A stretch of DNA of 64,000 nt from an uncultured delta proteobacterium. Lineage in GTDB: Bacteria; Desulfobacterota; Syntrophia; Syntrophales; Smithellaceae. The notes under the pieces were generated by a model. That model worked only from the letters and a program-made list of their open reading frames with translations, had not been told where the DNA came from and made no database searches. The DNA is taken from NCBI GenBank assembly GCA_963753975.1, contig CAVWEH010000001.1:354323-418322 (forward strand), read 5' to 3'. Shown one piece after another: positions 50,574 through 61,282 of this stretch. Within the stretch, counting starts at the first letter, position 1. Every line of letters starts with the position of its first letter. A program made the position numbers and the translations under genes.

Positions 50574-51962
50574 TTATGGCTTAGTTCGCATATGTTGAAC
50601 CGATATATCTGAGCCGTAGAATTTAATTTTTCGCTTTAAAGTAGATAGGGAAACGCCCAGGGCTCTTGCTGTTTGTGAGTAATTACCGCTGTGTTTTTCT
50701 AGCGCTTGTTCGATACACTTTTTCACCATAGCTTCCAGCGTAAGCACTTCGGTTTCTTTATTCTCGTAATTATTAATGACGGAGGGGGACAAATTATAAC
50801 CACTTCTAAGCATTTGTGTGGGCTTGAGATAACGTCCATGTTGAATAATCAAGGCTCTTTCGATTACATTTTTTAACTCCCGGACATTTCCCGGCCACTC
50901 ATACTCTATTAATTTGTTAAGTTCCGAATCGGCAAGCCGGGTATTGGTATCTCTAGCCATTTTAGCAACAAAGTATTCACATAGCTTGGGAATATCTTGC
51001 TTTCTTTCTCTCAGCGGAGGAATGTGAATGCGTATAACGCTGAGCCGGTAGTAAAGGTCATCACGAAAAAGCTTATTTTTTATTGCCTCTTCGAGATCAC
51101 TATTAGAAATGGCAATAACCCGGACATTAATGGGTTTAAATAACTCTCCACCCACACGACGAATTCGTTTTTCTTCCAGAACACCCAGCAATTTCGATTG
51201 TAAATGAATGGGCATGGAACTGATCTCATCCAAAACAAGAGTTCCCCCGTCAGCTAATTCAAAAATTCCCCGGCGTAAAGATGTTGCGCCGGTAAATGCA
51301 CCTTTTTCCGAGCCGAATAATTCTGCCTCGATAAGGCTTTCCGGAAACGCGGCGCAATTTGTTGTTAAAAACAGTTTTTTGGGCAGATTGCTTTTATAAT
51401 GAATGGCGCGGGCGACAACATTTTTGCCGGTGCCGGTTTCTCCCGTAATCAAGACAGGCGCATCGCTGGCTGCGGCTAAATCGATCATTTTGTGAATTTC
51501 ATCAAAAACTCCTTGATCGGAGATAAGATTAATTTCTTCGCTTTCTTTTTTATCATGGTAGTTTTGGATTTGTTCGGTTTTTTCCAATTCTTGTGTGCGA
51601 AAAGCCTGTCTTACCGTAAGTTCCAACTCAGCCATTTCAAAAGGCTTGGAAAGATAATCATGCGCGCCTACTTTTATCGCTTCTACGGCATTGCTGAAAC
51701 TGGGATAGGCCGTGACAAAAATTATTTTTGTCTGGTCGTTTTGTTGCAGTATGGAAGGACAGAGGGCGACGCCTTCCGTATCGGGCAGCTTTTGATCCAA
51801 GATTACGATATCAATTTTTGCTTCCGTGCATATTTTTAGTCCGCTTTTGCCCGTATTGGCAATTAGAACCTCCGTTGATTCATCACTCAGGACGTCTCTT
51901 ACCGATTCGCAAAAGATATCGTTATCATCAATGATAAGAATTTTTCTTTTAGTTTTGTTCAT
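50574..51962 (-). CDS. Sigma-54-dependent response regulator (NtrC family)
   Basis: REC, GETGTGKN, GAFTGA, WPGNVREL, HTH. Confidence 0.95.
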   Translation of the reverse strand: MNKTKRKILIIDDNDIFCESVRDVLSDESTEVLIANTGKSGLKICTEAKIDIVILDQKLPDTEGVALCPSILQQNDQTKIIFVTAYPSFSNAVEAIKVGAHDYLSKPFEMAELELTVRQAFRTQELEKTEQIQNYHDKKESEEINLISDQGVFDEIHKMIDLAAASDAPVLITGETGTGKNVVARAIHYKSNLPKKLFLTTNCAAFPESLIEAELFGSEKGAFTGATSLRRGIFELADGGTLVLDEISSMPIHLQSKLLGVLEEKRIRRVGGELFKPINVRVIAISNSDLEEAIKNKLFRDDLYYRLSVIRIHIPPLRERKQDIPKLCEYFVAKMARDTNTRLADSELNKLIEYEWPGNVRELKNVIERALIIQHGRYLKPTQMLRSGYNLSPSVINNYENKETEVLTLEAMVKKCIEQALEKHSGNYSQTARALGVSLSTLKRKIKFYGSDISVQHMRTKP

Positions 51963-53022
51963 CTTTCTTGCCTTCGGGAATGAAGACGGTTACTTTTGTT
52001 CCTACATCTTTAAAACTTTTTATTTCCATGTTGCCCTTCATCAGCGTTACCATTTTCAAAGTAATCATCAAGCCTAGGCCGGTGCCTTGCGGCTTAGTCG
52101 TATAAAATGGCTTGAATAGATTAGTTTGTTCTTCCTCGGACATGCCGACGCCATTATCTTCAACGGTAATAGTTACATGCCCTTCTTTTTTTTCCGCTCT
52201 GATAAAAATATTCGGATTTTCACAGTTATTTAAAGCATCCGAAGCATTGGTGATCAAATTGAGCATGACTTGGTGTAAAAGACGCGGGTCAGCGCTTATT
52301 TTTTCCACCGGTGGTACAATTAAATTACTGATTTTAATTCCCGATCGACTCAAATCGCTGGAAACAAGCGAGATAAAACGGATTAAAAACTCTCCTAATG
52401 CTATGTTTTGAATATTAGGATTTTCAAATATGCTAAAACTTTTTAGTGCCTGTAAAAGAAATTCGACACGGGAAATTTCAGTCATAGCGCGATCAACAAA
52501 TTTTTCTACTGCATTTTTTGAGTAATCATTAAGATTCTTTTTAAGAACGCTCAAAGTCATTTTAATGGAGTTAATGGGATTTCCCAACTCATGCCGAATA
52601 CCGGAAAAAATGTAGCTGATATTTTCCATTGAATTGACAGCTTCGGCAATTGATTCCAAACGTCTTCTTTCCGTAATGTCTCTAATGATGACCCAGATAA
52701 AGCGGTCGGAGATCATATAAGGCGTGTAACCTAAAAGGCGATTTTTATACCACAAGTTATAAGCTTTACCTATAACCTCGCTTACTGGAACCTTTCCATA
52801 CTCGGATAAAAGCAATGTCAGAAGAGCTTTATATCCCAGATTATCATCATTGTCTTGAAACAGGTCGGAGGCAAATTTATTTTTGAAAACAATTTCCTTC
52901 TCTTTTACACCCAGAATAACAATACCTAAATCTATGGTTTCCATAATATAGGCATAAAGGCAATTGCCAGGGCTTTTTCTATTTATTACAGGACAGTTGC
53001 TTTCAATCAAAAATTTATTCAT
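51949..53022 (-). CDS. Cytoplasmic sensor histidine kinase
   Basis: PAS-like N-terminus ending RDITERRRLE, RHELGNP, NLITNA, DNGVG, PFYTTK-GTGLGL. No obvious TM helix. Confidence 0.9.
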   Translation of the reverse strand: MNKFLIESNCPVINRKSPGNCLYAYIMETIDLGIVILGVKEKEIVFKNKFASDLFQDNDDNLGYKALLTLLLSEYGKVPVSEVIGKAYNLWYKNRLLGYTPYMISDRFIWVIIRDITERRRLESIAEAVNSMENISYIFSGIRHELGNPINSIKMTLSVLKKNLNDYSKNAVEKFVDRAMTEISRVEFLLQALKSFSIFENPNIQNIALGEFLIRFISLVSSDLSRSGIKISNLIVPPVEKISADPRLLHQVMLNLITNASDALNNCENPNIFIRAEKKEGHVTITVEDNGVGMSEEEQTNLFKPFYTTKPQGTGLGLMITLKMVTLMKGNMEIKSFKDVGTKVTVFIPEGKKDEQN

Positions 53023-53081
53023 AGTAGTTATAAACTCTTTACAATTTATTTAAGTTTATATAACACATTATATCATAGAAT

Positions 53082-53180
53082 AAAAAAACCGCCCAGATAA
53101 CTTGACTTACCATTGGCGGTATTGCTGCTTATTACGAGCCGTAGCTTTCCGGTCGATTTCTCAATTAGGGACAAAACTCT
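53082..53180 (-). ncRNA. Candidate c-di-GMP-I (GEMM)-like riboswitch with downstream terminator
   Basis: Minus strand CCCTAA-TTGA-GAAA-TCGA-CCGGAAAGCTACGGCTC, then ACCGCC...GGCGGTTTTTTT. TTGACA lies upstream at 53221-53226. Stems are shorter than canonical. Confidence 0.4.
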
Positions 53181-53236
53181 ATTTGAAGCTTATGTATTTG
53201 ATATAAATAATTACCTGTAATGTCAAGGACATTTTT

Positions 53237-53842
53237 ATGATAAAATTCAATAAATGCATTGCCTTTTGTATTATAATATTGGTTATATTGGGAGGGTTTA
53301 TTTTGTATGCACCGAGGTTTTTGCTTTACTCTTCAAAATATGAGAAAGCAGACTCAATCATTCTTCTCTTAGGACCGGATTTTAATGCCCGTAAAAAAGA
53401 AGCTTATCAATTAATGAATGAAAAAATGGCCGATTACCTGATTATCCCGGCCTATTACAAAGCCTATAGAATTTTTGAAAAAGGACAAATGGAAGGCATG
53501 CCGACGAATTTATTCCTGAATAGAAGCGAGAAGAAAGATAATAATGATCAGACTCGCTTTTACGAAGATACACATTGGGAAATTATCGAGGCGCAAAAAA
53601 TAATGTCTAATTGTAAGTTAACTTCTGCAATATTAGTGAGTTCTCCTTATCATATGAGAAGAATCAAGTTGATCATTTCAAAAGTATTTGGCACGAATAA
53701 AGGTAATTTTTATTTTGTTCCTACACGTTACGAAAAAGCCCCAGCAGATTACCGGGATCTGTCATTAGCAGATTGGAAAAAAGTTTCCCTGGAATACGCT
53801 AAAATACTATGGTTTATTCTTTATAGTACATGGTCAAAGTAA
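53237..53842 (+). CDS. YdcF/DUF218-like membrane-anchored protein
   Basis: N-terminal TM, KADSIILL-G, DT--E, LVSSPYHMRR, EYAKILW. Confidence 0.75.
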   Translation: MIKFNKCIAFCIIILVILGGFILYAPRFLLYSSKYEKADSIILLLGPDFNARKKEAYQLMNEKMADYLIIPAYYKAYRIFEKGQMEGMPTNLFLNRSEKKDNNDQTRFYEDTHWEIIEAQKIMSNCKLTSAILVSSPYHMRRIKLIISKVFGTNKGNFYFVPTRYEKAPADYRDLSLADWKKVSLEYAKILWFILYSTWSK

Positions 53843-53873
53843 ATAAATCATACATTAATTGAAAAAAATCATA

Positions 53874-53908
53874 AAAAACCCCCTTAAGGCCTTGGTCTTA
53901 AGGGGGGG
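53874..53908. terminator. Intrinsic terminator between convergent genes
   Basis: AAAAAA-CCCCCTTAAGGCC-TT-GGTCTTAAGGGGG. Confidence 0.8.
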
Positions 53909-53948
53909 TATATATTAGCAGATCATGATTTAATGTTAGTATTGAAGG

Positions 53949-54188
53949 CTAAACATCTTTTCTTTTTTTCCAGGCTTCCTGATAGAGCCTCATTACACTG
54001 AGGAAAATAGCGAGGAAGAAGAGGCCCAGCATGAAGTTAGGCGCAGTGCCGAAAATACCGTCCAGTAAATGTCCAATGTAGAGGAACAGGAAAGAAGCAA
54101 TCACCATCGCGAATCCCCAGGCCGAAAGCATCAAAATCGAACCGAAACCCATGTATTGCTCCCATTGTGTTTTGTGCGCTGCCTGCAT
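53949..54188 (-). CDS. AtpZ/AtpI (ATPase gene 1) family small membrane protein
   Basis: G--LD--FGT-P-F---GLF pattern (IGHLLDGIFGTAPNFMLGLFFLAI). GGAGGA before ATG 54188. Confidence 0.75.
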   Translation of the reverse strand: MQAAHKTQWEQYMGFGSILMLSAWGFAMVIASFLFLYIGHLLDGIFGTAPNFMLGLFFLAIFLSVMRLYQEAWKKRKDV

Positions 54189-54255
54189 TATCCGTTCCTC
54201 CTTCCCTGGCCGGGCTACCTTCATTGAGTAGCCCGATACCGATACTTTTTTCCTC

Positions 54256-54510
54256 TTAGCTGACGATGGTCTTCACTGCTTCGATCACCGGATTGGTGAA
54301 CAGCGCCATCAAGATGGTATAAAGAGCGAAGACACCGACTGCTTCCGTAGTATACATCTTGTCATATTTGCGTTTTAAAGAAACCACAATCAAACCGCCG
54401 ACGATTAAGCAGCCCAGCTGGAAATAGGGGAAAGCACCCGTTTCACCTGCCGCGTATTCGGCAAAAGAGAAAGTTGCGGTTAAAAGGACAACCACTGCCG
54501 CCACCATCAT
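54256..54510 (-). CDS. Small hypothetical membrane protein
   Basis: Signal-like MMVAAVVVLLTATFSFA followed by two hydrophobic helices. Start uncertain. Confidence 0.6.
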   Translation of the reverse strand: MMVAAVVVLLTATFSFAEYAAGETGAFPYFQLGCLIVGGLIVVSLKRKYDKMYTTEAVGVFALYTILMALFTNPVIEAVKTIVS

Positions 54511-54550
54511 TGTTCCTATTATTAATTTATAATATGGTCCGTAAAAAAAA

Positions 54551-56623
54551 TCAGCCCGCAGTAACAATTTTCGAAAAGTCGGCAATTTTATGAAAAAGTA
54601 ACGATATTTCTGCGAGAAGCGATAACCGGTTAAACCGTATTTTTCGGTTTTTATCCATAACCATAACGCTGTCAAAGAAAGCGTCTACAGGCGGGCGCAA
54701 ACCGGCGAGTTGCGTCAGAGCGAAATCAAAATCGTTCTTCTTAATTCCGGTGTCAACTTGGGTTCTGACTGTTCTAAAAGAAGAGAACAAATTTTTCTCG
54801 GCTGCCGAAGAAAAAAGCGCAATATCCACTTGTGGATCGTGGAAATCTTTTAAAATGTTATCTACGCGTTTGAAAGCAATGGAAATTGGTTCAAATTCGG
54901 GATTCGCGCGGAAAGCCTGCAACGCTATGATTTTGTCCAGTGCCAAAACAATATCTGTCGAGTCAACAGCCAATACAGCCTCTATCGTATCATAAGCGTA
55001 TCCCTGCGTGATGAGATGATTTTGCAGACGCCCCCGGAGAAAATCCAAAACATCTTTTTTGATTTCTGCTGGCGATTTTTTTAATGTACCCTTGAACAAG
55101 TTGATACTTTCGCCGACAAGAAAGTCGAGTGTTATTGGATATCGCTTTGCCAAAATAATATTGATTATGCCCAAAGCCTGACGGCGAAGCGCGTAAGGAT
55201 CGGCTGTGCCGGTGGGAGGCAAGCCCACACCGAAAAAGCCGACAATCGTATCGATCTTATCGGCAATGCCGACAATGGCTCCTTCGTCTGTTTCCGGCAA
55301 TTCACCTCCGGCGACGATAGGCAGATAATGTTCATAAATAGCCTGAGCTACCACCTTTTTTTCTCCTGCTAAAAGAGCATATTCCCGGCCCATAACGCCC
55401 TGTAGTTCGGAAAATTCACCGACCATCAGCGATTCTAAATCGGCCTTGGCCAGGAGTGCCGCCCGGTCAACATTCTTTTTGATTGCCGGATTTATTTTTT
55501 GAGCGATCTTTAACGCCAGTTTACGGAAGCGCGTAACTTTTTCATAAGAAGTACCCAGAAGAGTATGAAAAACAACTTTTTTCAGTGATTCGACACGGCG
55601 CTCCAAAGGAATCCTGCTGTCTTCTTCGAAGAAGAATTGAGCGTCAGCAAGTCTGGCCCGGAGGACTTTTTCATTGCCGCGTGCCACAACTTCCAGGTCA
55701 CGTGCCTTTGTATTGCTTACCGCAATAAAGTAAGGCAGAAGTTTTCCCTCATTATCAATAATGGGGAGGTATTTCTGGTGGGCGATCATTGTGGTGGTGA
55801 GAACTTCTTTAGGTATTTTTAAATAATCTTTATCGAAACTGCCACGGACGATCACCGGATATTCGACAATAAAAGTCAGAGTGTCGAGGAGATCATTGGT
55901 ATAAAATATTTTTCCGCCGATCCCCTCTGCCGCTTTTTGCGCCTGGGCCAGGATTGTTTTTTTCCTTTCCGCCGGATCGGCAATAACATAGTTTTGCCCG
56001 GCTTTAGTCAGATAATCCGCAAAATTAGAAACAGCAAAAGGAGCAGGGCTCATAAACCGGTGACCGCAGGAAGTATGGCCGCTTTCGATATCTTCAATTT
56101 TAAGCGGTATAACAGAGCCGCCATACAGAGCTAAAAGCCAGTGAATCGGCCGGGCGAAACGCAAATCATAGTTAGACCAGCGCATGGATTTTTTGAAAGG
56201 TATAGCCAGAAGAAAATTAGTCAGAATTTCGGGTAATAGGACTTCCGTGGATTGCCCGGTGATTGTTTTACGGGCGCCCAGATATTCACCTTTTTCAGTA
56301 ACGATTGTTTCCAATGCGGAGACTTCCAGCCCCTGGCCCTTCGCAAAGCCCAACGCTGCTTTTGTCGGATTACCGTTTTCGTCAAAGGCAGCTTTTTTGG
56401 CCGGCCCCATTTTTTCTATGGTCTGGTCTTCCTGCTTTTCCTCGACATCGGCAATATAGAGTACCAAACGTCGTGGCGTGGCCATGCATTCTACTCCGTC
56501 AAAAGCAATCCTCTTTTCCGTAAGGGATTTACTGATAATTCCTTTCATGTCAGTCATAGCTTTGGGTAAAAATCCGGCGGGAATTTCCTCGGTGCCGATT
56601 TCAAAAAGCAGTTCCTTACTCAT
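54551..56623 (-). CDS. glyS: Glycine--tRNA ligase beta subunit
   Basis: [47 protein letters not shown]. Confidence 0.97.
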   Translation of the reverse strand: MSKELLFEIGTEEIPAGFLPKAMTDMKGIISKSLTEKRIAFDGVECMATPRRLVLYIADVEEKQEDQTIEKMGPAKKAAFDENGNPTKAALGFAKGQGLEVSALETIVTEKGEYLGARKTITGQSTEVLLPEILTNFLLAIPFKKSMRWSNYDLRFARPIHWLLALYGGSVIPLKIEDIESGHTSCGHRFMSPAPFAVSNFADYLTKAGQNYVIADPAERKKTILAQAQKAAEGIGGKIFYTNDLLDTLTFIVEYPVIVRGSFDKDYLKIPKEVLTTTMIAHQKYLPIIDNEGKLLPYFIAVSNTKARDLEVVARGNEKVLRARLADAQFFFEEDSRIPLERRVESLKKVVFHTLLGTSYEKVTRFRKLALKIAQKINPAIKKNVDRAALLAKADLESLMVGEFSELQGVMGREYALLAGEKKVVAQAIYEHYLPIVAGGELPETDEGAIVGIADKIDTIVGFFGVGLPPTGTADPYALRRQALGIINIILAKRYPITLDFLVGESINLFKGTLKKSPAEIKKDVLDFLRGRLQNHLITQGYAYDTIEAVLAVDSTDIVLALDKIIALQAFRANPEFEPISIAFKRVDNILKDFHDPQVDIALFSSAAEKNLFSSFRTVRTQVDTGIKKNDFDFALTQLAGLRPPVDAFFDSVMVMDKNRKIRFNRLSLLAEISLLFHKIADFSKIVTAG

Positions 56624-57510
56624 TTTTTCTCCAGATCATTAGTTGTTCTTAGGAGTGGGTATCCCATTTCTTCCCTTTGCTTTAAATAAAGTTCGGCGCT
56701 GATGCGCGCCAGATTCCTGACCCGACCGATATAACTGGTTCGTTCGGCAACGCTGATTGCGCCGCGGGCATTGAGTAAATTGAATGTATGAGAACATTTT
56801 AAACAGTAATCATAGGCTGGCAGTACCAAATTTTTTTCGGCAGTGCGCAGAGCCTCCTGCTCGTATATGTCAAAAAGTTTTCGCAGCATGCGTATGTCGG
56901 CGATTTCGAAGTTATAAGTGGAAAATTCCACTTCGCCCCGATGATGTACATCACCGTATTTGACTTTATCGTTCCATTGCAAATCATAGACATTATTGAT
57001 TCCCTGAATATACATGGCGATGCGTTCGATTCCGTAAGTCAATTCCGCACAAACCGGACGGAGGTCGAAACCGCCGATCTGTTGGAAATAAGTGAATTGG
57101 GTGATTTCCATGCCGTCGAGCCACACTTCCCAGCCCAGGCCCCAAGCGCCCAATGTCGGAGATTCCCAGTCATCTTCGACGAAGCGTATATCATGATCCA
57201 GGGGATCAATGCCGAAACTTTTGAGTGAATCCAGATAAAGCTCTTGAATGTTAACTGGCGATGGTTTCATGATTACCTGATATTGATAGTAATGCTGGAG
57301 ACGGTTGGGATTTTCGCCATAGCGGCCGTCGGTCGGACGACGTGAAGGCTGAACATAAGCAACTTTCCAGGGTTCCGGTCCCAGCGCGCGCAGGCAGGTG
57401 GCGGGGTGGAATGTGCCGGCGCCGACTTCCATATCGTAGGGCTGTTGAATTATGCAGCCTTGAGAGTGCCAGTATTTTTCGAGGGCAAAAATTAATTCCT
57501 GAAAAGTCAC
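56620..57510 (-). CDS. glyQ: Glycine--tRNA ligase alpha subunit
   Basis: [39 protein letters not shown] start with GGAGG RBS. Confidence 0.98.
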   Translation of the reverse strand: MTFQELIFALEKYWHSQGCIIQQPYDMEVGAGTFHPATCLRALGPEPWKVAYVQPSRRPTDGRYGENPNRLQHYYQYQVIMKPSPVNIQELYLDSLKSFGIDPLDHDIRFVEDDWESPTLGAWGLGWEVWLDGMEITQFTYFQQIGGFDLRPVCAELTYGIERIAMYIQGINNVYDLQWNDKVKYGDVHHRGEVEFSTYNFEIADIRMLRKLFDIYEQEALRTAEKNLVLPAYDYCLKCSHTFNLLNARGAISVAERTSYIGRVRNLARISAELYLKQREEMGYPLLRTTNDLEKK

Positions 57511-57936
57511 AAATTCCTCCTTGCCGATTTCAACCAAGAATAGCAGGTATTATTAACCTTAATCTTTAATTATTACAGCGACTAACTAACATGTCCAAGG
57601 GGATAGTGTCAATATGAAAGGGTTAAAGAAGAAATTATTATAGCGAGCTTCCGGCAAATTTCTCTTTTACTTGTTACGCGCTCTGCGCTTATTATACCGG
57701 CATATGGGGTTTTATATATTGACAAAAAGGCTGAGCTTTTATACTTGTTGTGCGAGCGTTTTAGGGACGGAAAGTAAAAGCTGTCATGTTTTTTGTAAGG
57801 CATTAAAAATATTATGGATAGATTACCAGTGGCGCTGTTGAAATCTAAGCAATTAGTTTCTGGTAATTGTTATAATATTGCTGTAATAATCACGTATGAT
57901 ACTTAATCATTAAAAAATCTGAGGGGGGTATTTTTT

Positions 57937-58938
57937 ATGAAAAAGATCACGAGAGTTTTTATTGTCGTTGCCTTATTGGTTTTTAGCACAACCGCGTTCG
58001 CTCAAATTAAACCAGGCGCTTTTAATGTTGGACCTTTATTGGGGGTAGCTACGTTTGAAGGCAATCAGGACCTAAAGAATCCTGCTCTTGTTTTGGGTCT
58101 GCGTGGCGGTTACGATTTCACCAAGAATTGGGGAGTAGAAGCGACGTTTAATTGGGTGCCGACCAGATACAGTTTCCTTACTTTTGAACCTCGGTTAAAG
58201 CGAGACGTGGAAGACGATGTATACACCAATGTTTACAACTACCGCATTGAAGCTATCTATAATTTTGATTTTACGCCGGCACCGCGCTTTGTGCCTTTTG
58301 TTGCCGTGGGTATAGGGGGCCAGTCCATCGACTATAGAGGTAGCGATAAACAGAATATGACGCGTTTTGCCCCTGATTATGGTGTCGGTCTGAAGTACTT
58401 TTTAACCGAAAATCTTGCGCTAAGGGCAGATGTTAGACATGTGCTGGCAATCGGTAGCCTTTATAATGACCTGGAGGCTACTGTGGGTATGGCCTTCTAT
58501 TTTGGCGGAAAGAAGGAAGCCCCTGCTCCACCTCCACCTCCGCCTGTCGCGGCAGTTCCTGAGGTTGAAAAAAAGATGTTGAGTGAAGGGCGTGCCAGAA
58601 TAAACGTCGAGTTTGATTTCGACAAGTCGGACATCAGGCCGCAGTACTATGATGAAATAAAACAGGTTGCCGATTTCATGGTAAAATATCCTGATACAAA
58701 AGTTGCCATTGAAGGACATACCGATAACATCGGAACCGAAGAATACAACCAGAAGCTTTCCCAGAGGCGCGCGGACAGCGTGAAAAATTATATTGTCGAT
58801 AAGTTCAATATCGACGGAAAACGTCTGAAGTCAGAAGGCTTCGGGGAGACTAGGCCCATCGCTGATAATAAAACGGCGGAAGGCAGACAACAAAACCGCA
58901 GAGTGGAATCTGTGCTTATCAAAGAAGACAAGAAGTAA
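57937..58938 (+). CDS. OmpA family outer-membrane protein
   Basis: Signal peptide, beta-barrel, Pro-rich linker, FDFDKS, EGHTD-IG---YNQKLS-RRA, NRRVE. Confidence 0.93.
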   Translation: MKKITRVFIVVALLVFSTTAFAQIKPGAFNVGPLLGVATFEGNQDLKNPALVLGLRGGYDFTKNWGVEATFNWVPTRYSFLTFEPRLKRDVEDDVYTNVYNYRIEAIYNFDFTPAPRFVPFVAVGIGGQSIDYRGSDKQNMTRFAPDYGVGLKYFLTENLALRADVRHVLAIGSLYNDLEATVGMAFYFGGKKEAPAPPPPPPVAAVPEVEKKMLSEGRARINVEFDFDKSDIRPQYYDEIKQVADFMVKYPDTKVAIEGHTDNIGTEEYNQKLSQRRADSVKNYIVDKFNIDGKRLKSEGFGETRPIADNKTAEGRQQNRRVESVLIKEDKK

Positions 58939-58967
58939 AAATTAAAGCGCACATATGAATCAGTAAA

Positions 58968-59008
58968 GAAGAGGGGTCGCTTGTACAGGTATGGGCGACT
59001 CCTCTTCC
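58968..59008. terminator. Hairpin / probable terminator between the OmpA gene and recO
   Basis: GAAGAGGGGTCGC...GCGACTCCTCTTC inverted repeat. Confidence 0.6.
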
Positions 59009-59051
59009 TATTTTGCACATTACCAATATTTCGTGTTGGATAAATTTTATT

Positions 59052-59825
59052 TCATGCGTACAGCTTTTGGACTTGCTCCATAACTTTAAGTGATTTTACT
59101 TCCCGGCCCAGTACATGAGAAATAAAGCCGATAAGGATGTTGCGGGATTCCATTGCCAAACTATCGGATAAAGCTATCAGCTTAATTTTATCAATGTCCA
59201 TGTCCTTGCCTAAAAGCAATGTCCGCACGGTACCCGCAGAAATGGACTGATCGTATCTTTCAGGCTGAGCGCAAGCCGCGCATTTGATTCCACCATCCAG
59301 CGGATAAAAGTAATATGAACTGCCGTTGGCAACAGGAGTTTTACATCTGATGCAGTGGTCAAGCGCCGGTTCAAAACCGGCCAATTTCAGCAGGCGCATT
59401 TCAAAAAAACGCACGGTAACAATAGACGCCTTTTCATCGTCCAGCAATGCCAGAAAGTTTTGTAAAAGTTCGAATATTTTTTCATTCTTTTTTCCTTCGG
59501 GACTGAAGTGATCTGTAAGATCGATAAAGTAAGAGGCGATCAGCGTTTTTTCCAAATCCTGACGGATGTCATGGTAGTGTTCGACAATTTCGCAGGATTC
59601 AATAAATGCCAGCACATCACGATTTTTGCGGGAAAAGATTATATTCGTCAAAGAAAAAGGCTCAAAAACATTGACAAACCGCTTTTTACTTCTTTTAGCA
59701 CCTTTGGCAATTCCTGTAAGCTTGCCAAAATCATTGCTGTAAAAAGTGACAATCAAGTCCGATTCCCCGTAGTTGAGGCAACGTAAAACAAACCCTGTAG
59801 TCTTGAAGTTTTCTCTGGCACTCAT
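59052..59825 (-). CDS. recO: DNA repair protein RecO
   Basis: YGESDLIV, AKGAKRSKKRF, FEMRLL-LAGF-P, CIRC...CAAC Zn finger. Lies near glyQS. Confidence 0.95.
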   Translation of the reverse strand: MSARENFKTTGFVLRCLNYGESDLIVTFYSNDFGKLTGIAKGAKRSKKRFVNVFEPFSLTNIIFSRKNRDVLAFIESCEIVEHYHDIRQDLEKTLIASYFIDLTDHFSPEGKKNEKIFELLQNFLALLDDEKASIVTVRFFEMRLLKLAGFEPALDHCIRCKTPVANGSSYYFYPLDGGIKCAACAQPERYDQSISAGTVRTLLLGKDMDIDKIKLIALSDSLAMESRNILIGFISHVLGREVKSLKVMEQVQKLYA

Positions 59826-59832
59826 ATTTATT

Positions 59833-59957
59833 ACAACTTCATAAAATGGCTATATGTTGCGTTGCGCTTCATATCTCGTCGTTGCAGCGTATGTCTAAAA
59901 TACGCCTCACTCCTCAATATTCGCGCGCCTTGTCTTTGGCTAATTTTATGAAGTTGT
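59833..59957. repeat. Non-coding palindromic/MITE-like repeat, copy 2
   Basis: Perfect 15-bp inverted ends ACAACTTCATAAAAT/ATTTTATGAAGTTGT. Interior TGTTGCGTTGC...CTCGTCG...TACGCCTCACTCCTC...GCGCGCCTTG matches copy 1. Confidence 0.8.
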
Positions 59958-59986
59958 CTCCTGACTTTCTTAAATTTGTTTCTTCT

Positions 59987-61282
59987 TCAGCGACCGTCGA
60001 ATTTTATATCTCCACCAACGATAGTAAAAATGGCTTTGCCCTGCATTTTCCGGCCATGAAAGGGAGAGTTCTTGCCGCGGGAGCGAAATGATTTTACATC
60101 AACAGTCCATTTAAACTGCGGATCAATAACGGTAATGTCGGCATCGGCACCTGTCCGGAGTGTCCCTTTCGGCAAGCGCAGGATGCGCGCCGGATTAGCG
60201 CTCATCTTCGCGATGAGCTCCGGCCATGAAATCACCTTGTCCTGGATGAGTCTTAAACTTAAAGCCAGCGAAGTTTCCAAACCGCTGATACCTTTTTCGG
60301 CATATTCAAACTCCAACTCTTTATCCGTACGCCCATGGGGGGCATGGTCACAGGCGATCACATCGAGCGTTCCATCAGCAAGACCTTCTTTAATTGCAGC
60401 AACATCCTGAACGCTTCTCAAAGGCGGATTGACTTTTAAATTTGTATCATATCCCTGCAGTACTTCATCGGTTAGAGTGAAATAGTGGGGGGCGGTTTCC
60501 GCCGTTACACTCAGACCTCTTTTTTTGGCATCGCGAATCAGACGCACCGAGCCGGCCGTACTGACATGCGCGATGTGGATGCAAGTTTTGGTGAATTCGG
60601 CGATCAAAATATCGCGTGCTACCATTGCTTCCTCCGCGATGCCGGGAATGCCGCTGAGTCCCAGAATCGTTGAATAATAGCCTTCATTTATCAAACCGCC
60701 GCCGGAGAGATTTATGTCTTCGCAATGCGAAATAATCGGCAATTCCAGTGAATGGGCGTATTCCATCGCGTGACGCATCAAAGCAGCATCCATTACCGGT
60801 TTTCCGTCATCGGAAAGAGCAACCACACCTGCATCTTTCAAATCCCAAAATTCAGTCAATTGAGAACCGGAAGAATCCTTGCTGATTGCGCCGACCGGAT
60901 AAACGTTGGCCAGATCGGCTTCCGCAGCTTTCCTTCTGATAAATTCTGTAATCGAGCGGTTATCATTTACAGGCAATGTATTGGGCATGCAGGCAATCGA
61001 GGTGAAACCTCCGGCTACTGCCGCTGCGGCCCCTGAGGCAACCGTTTCTTTGTATTCAAACCCCGGTTCACGCAAATGGGTATGCATGTCGATTAAACCG
61101 GGTGTAAGGATCATGTCGGTGAGCTCGATAATTTTTACTTTTTCCGATTCTTTGGATTTGACCGATTTTAAAAGGTCAGAGCCGATTTTGGCAATCTTTC
61201 CATTTTCCAGGAAAACATCCATAGCGGCATCCAATTTTTGGGTGGGATCAATTACTCTCGCGCCGGTTAATAATATCTTCAT
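59987..61282 (-). CDS. pyrC: Dihydroorotase
   Basis: [46 protein letters not shown]. Confidence 0.96.
   Translation of the reverse strand: MKILLTGARVIDPTQKLDAAMDVFLENGKIAKIGSDLLKSVKSKESEKVKIIELTDMILTPGLIDMHTHLREPGFEYKETVASGAAAAVAGGFTSIACMPNTLPVNDNRSITEFIRRKAAEADLANVYPVGAISKDSSGSQLTEFWDLKDAGVVALSDDGKPVMDAALMRHAMEYAHSLELPIISHCEDINLSGGGLINEGYYSTILGLSGIPGIAEEAMVARDILIAEFTKTCIHIAHVSTAGSVRLIRDAKKRGLSVTAETAPHYFTLTDEVLQGYDTNLKVNPPLRSVQDVAAIKEGLADGTLDVIACDHAPHGRTDKELEFEYAEKGISGLETSLALSLRLIQDKVISWPELIAKMSANPARILRLPKGTLRTGADADITVIDPQFKWTVDVKSFRSRGKNSPFHGRKMQGKAIFTIVGGDIKFDGR

Noticed and set aside
50531..50616. TGGTTCA / TGAACCG / TGAGCCG half-sites as enhancer for the 50462 promoter
   Set aside because: The position is plausible, but no clean palindrome pair could be defined by eye.
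57750..57870. GGGACGGAAAG and an ATTACCAG/CTGGTAAT inverted repeat upstream of the OmpA gene as a second riboswitch
   Set aside because: The remaining GEMM stems and a terminator could not be found. Too little to support a call.
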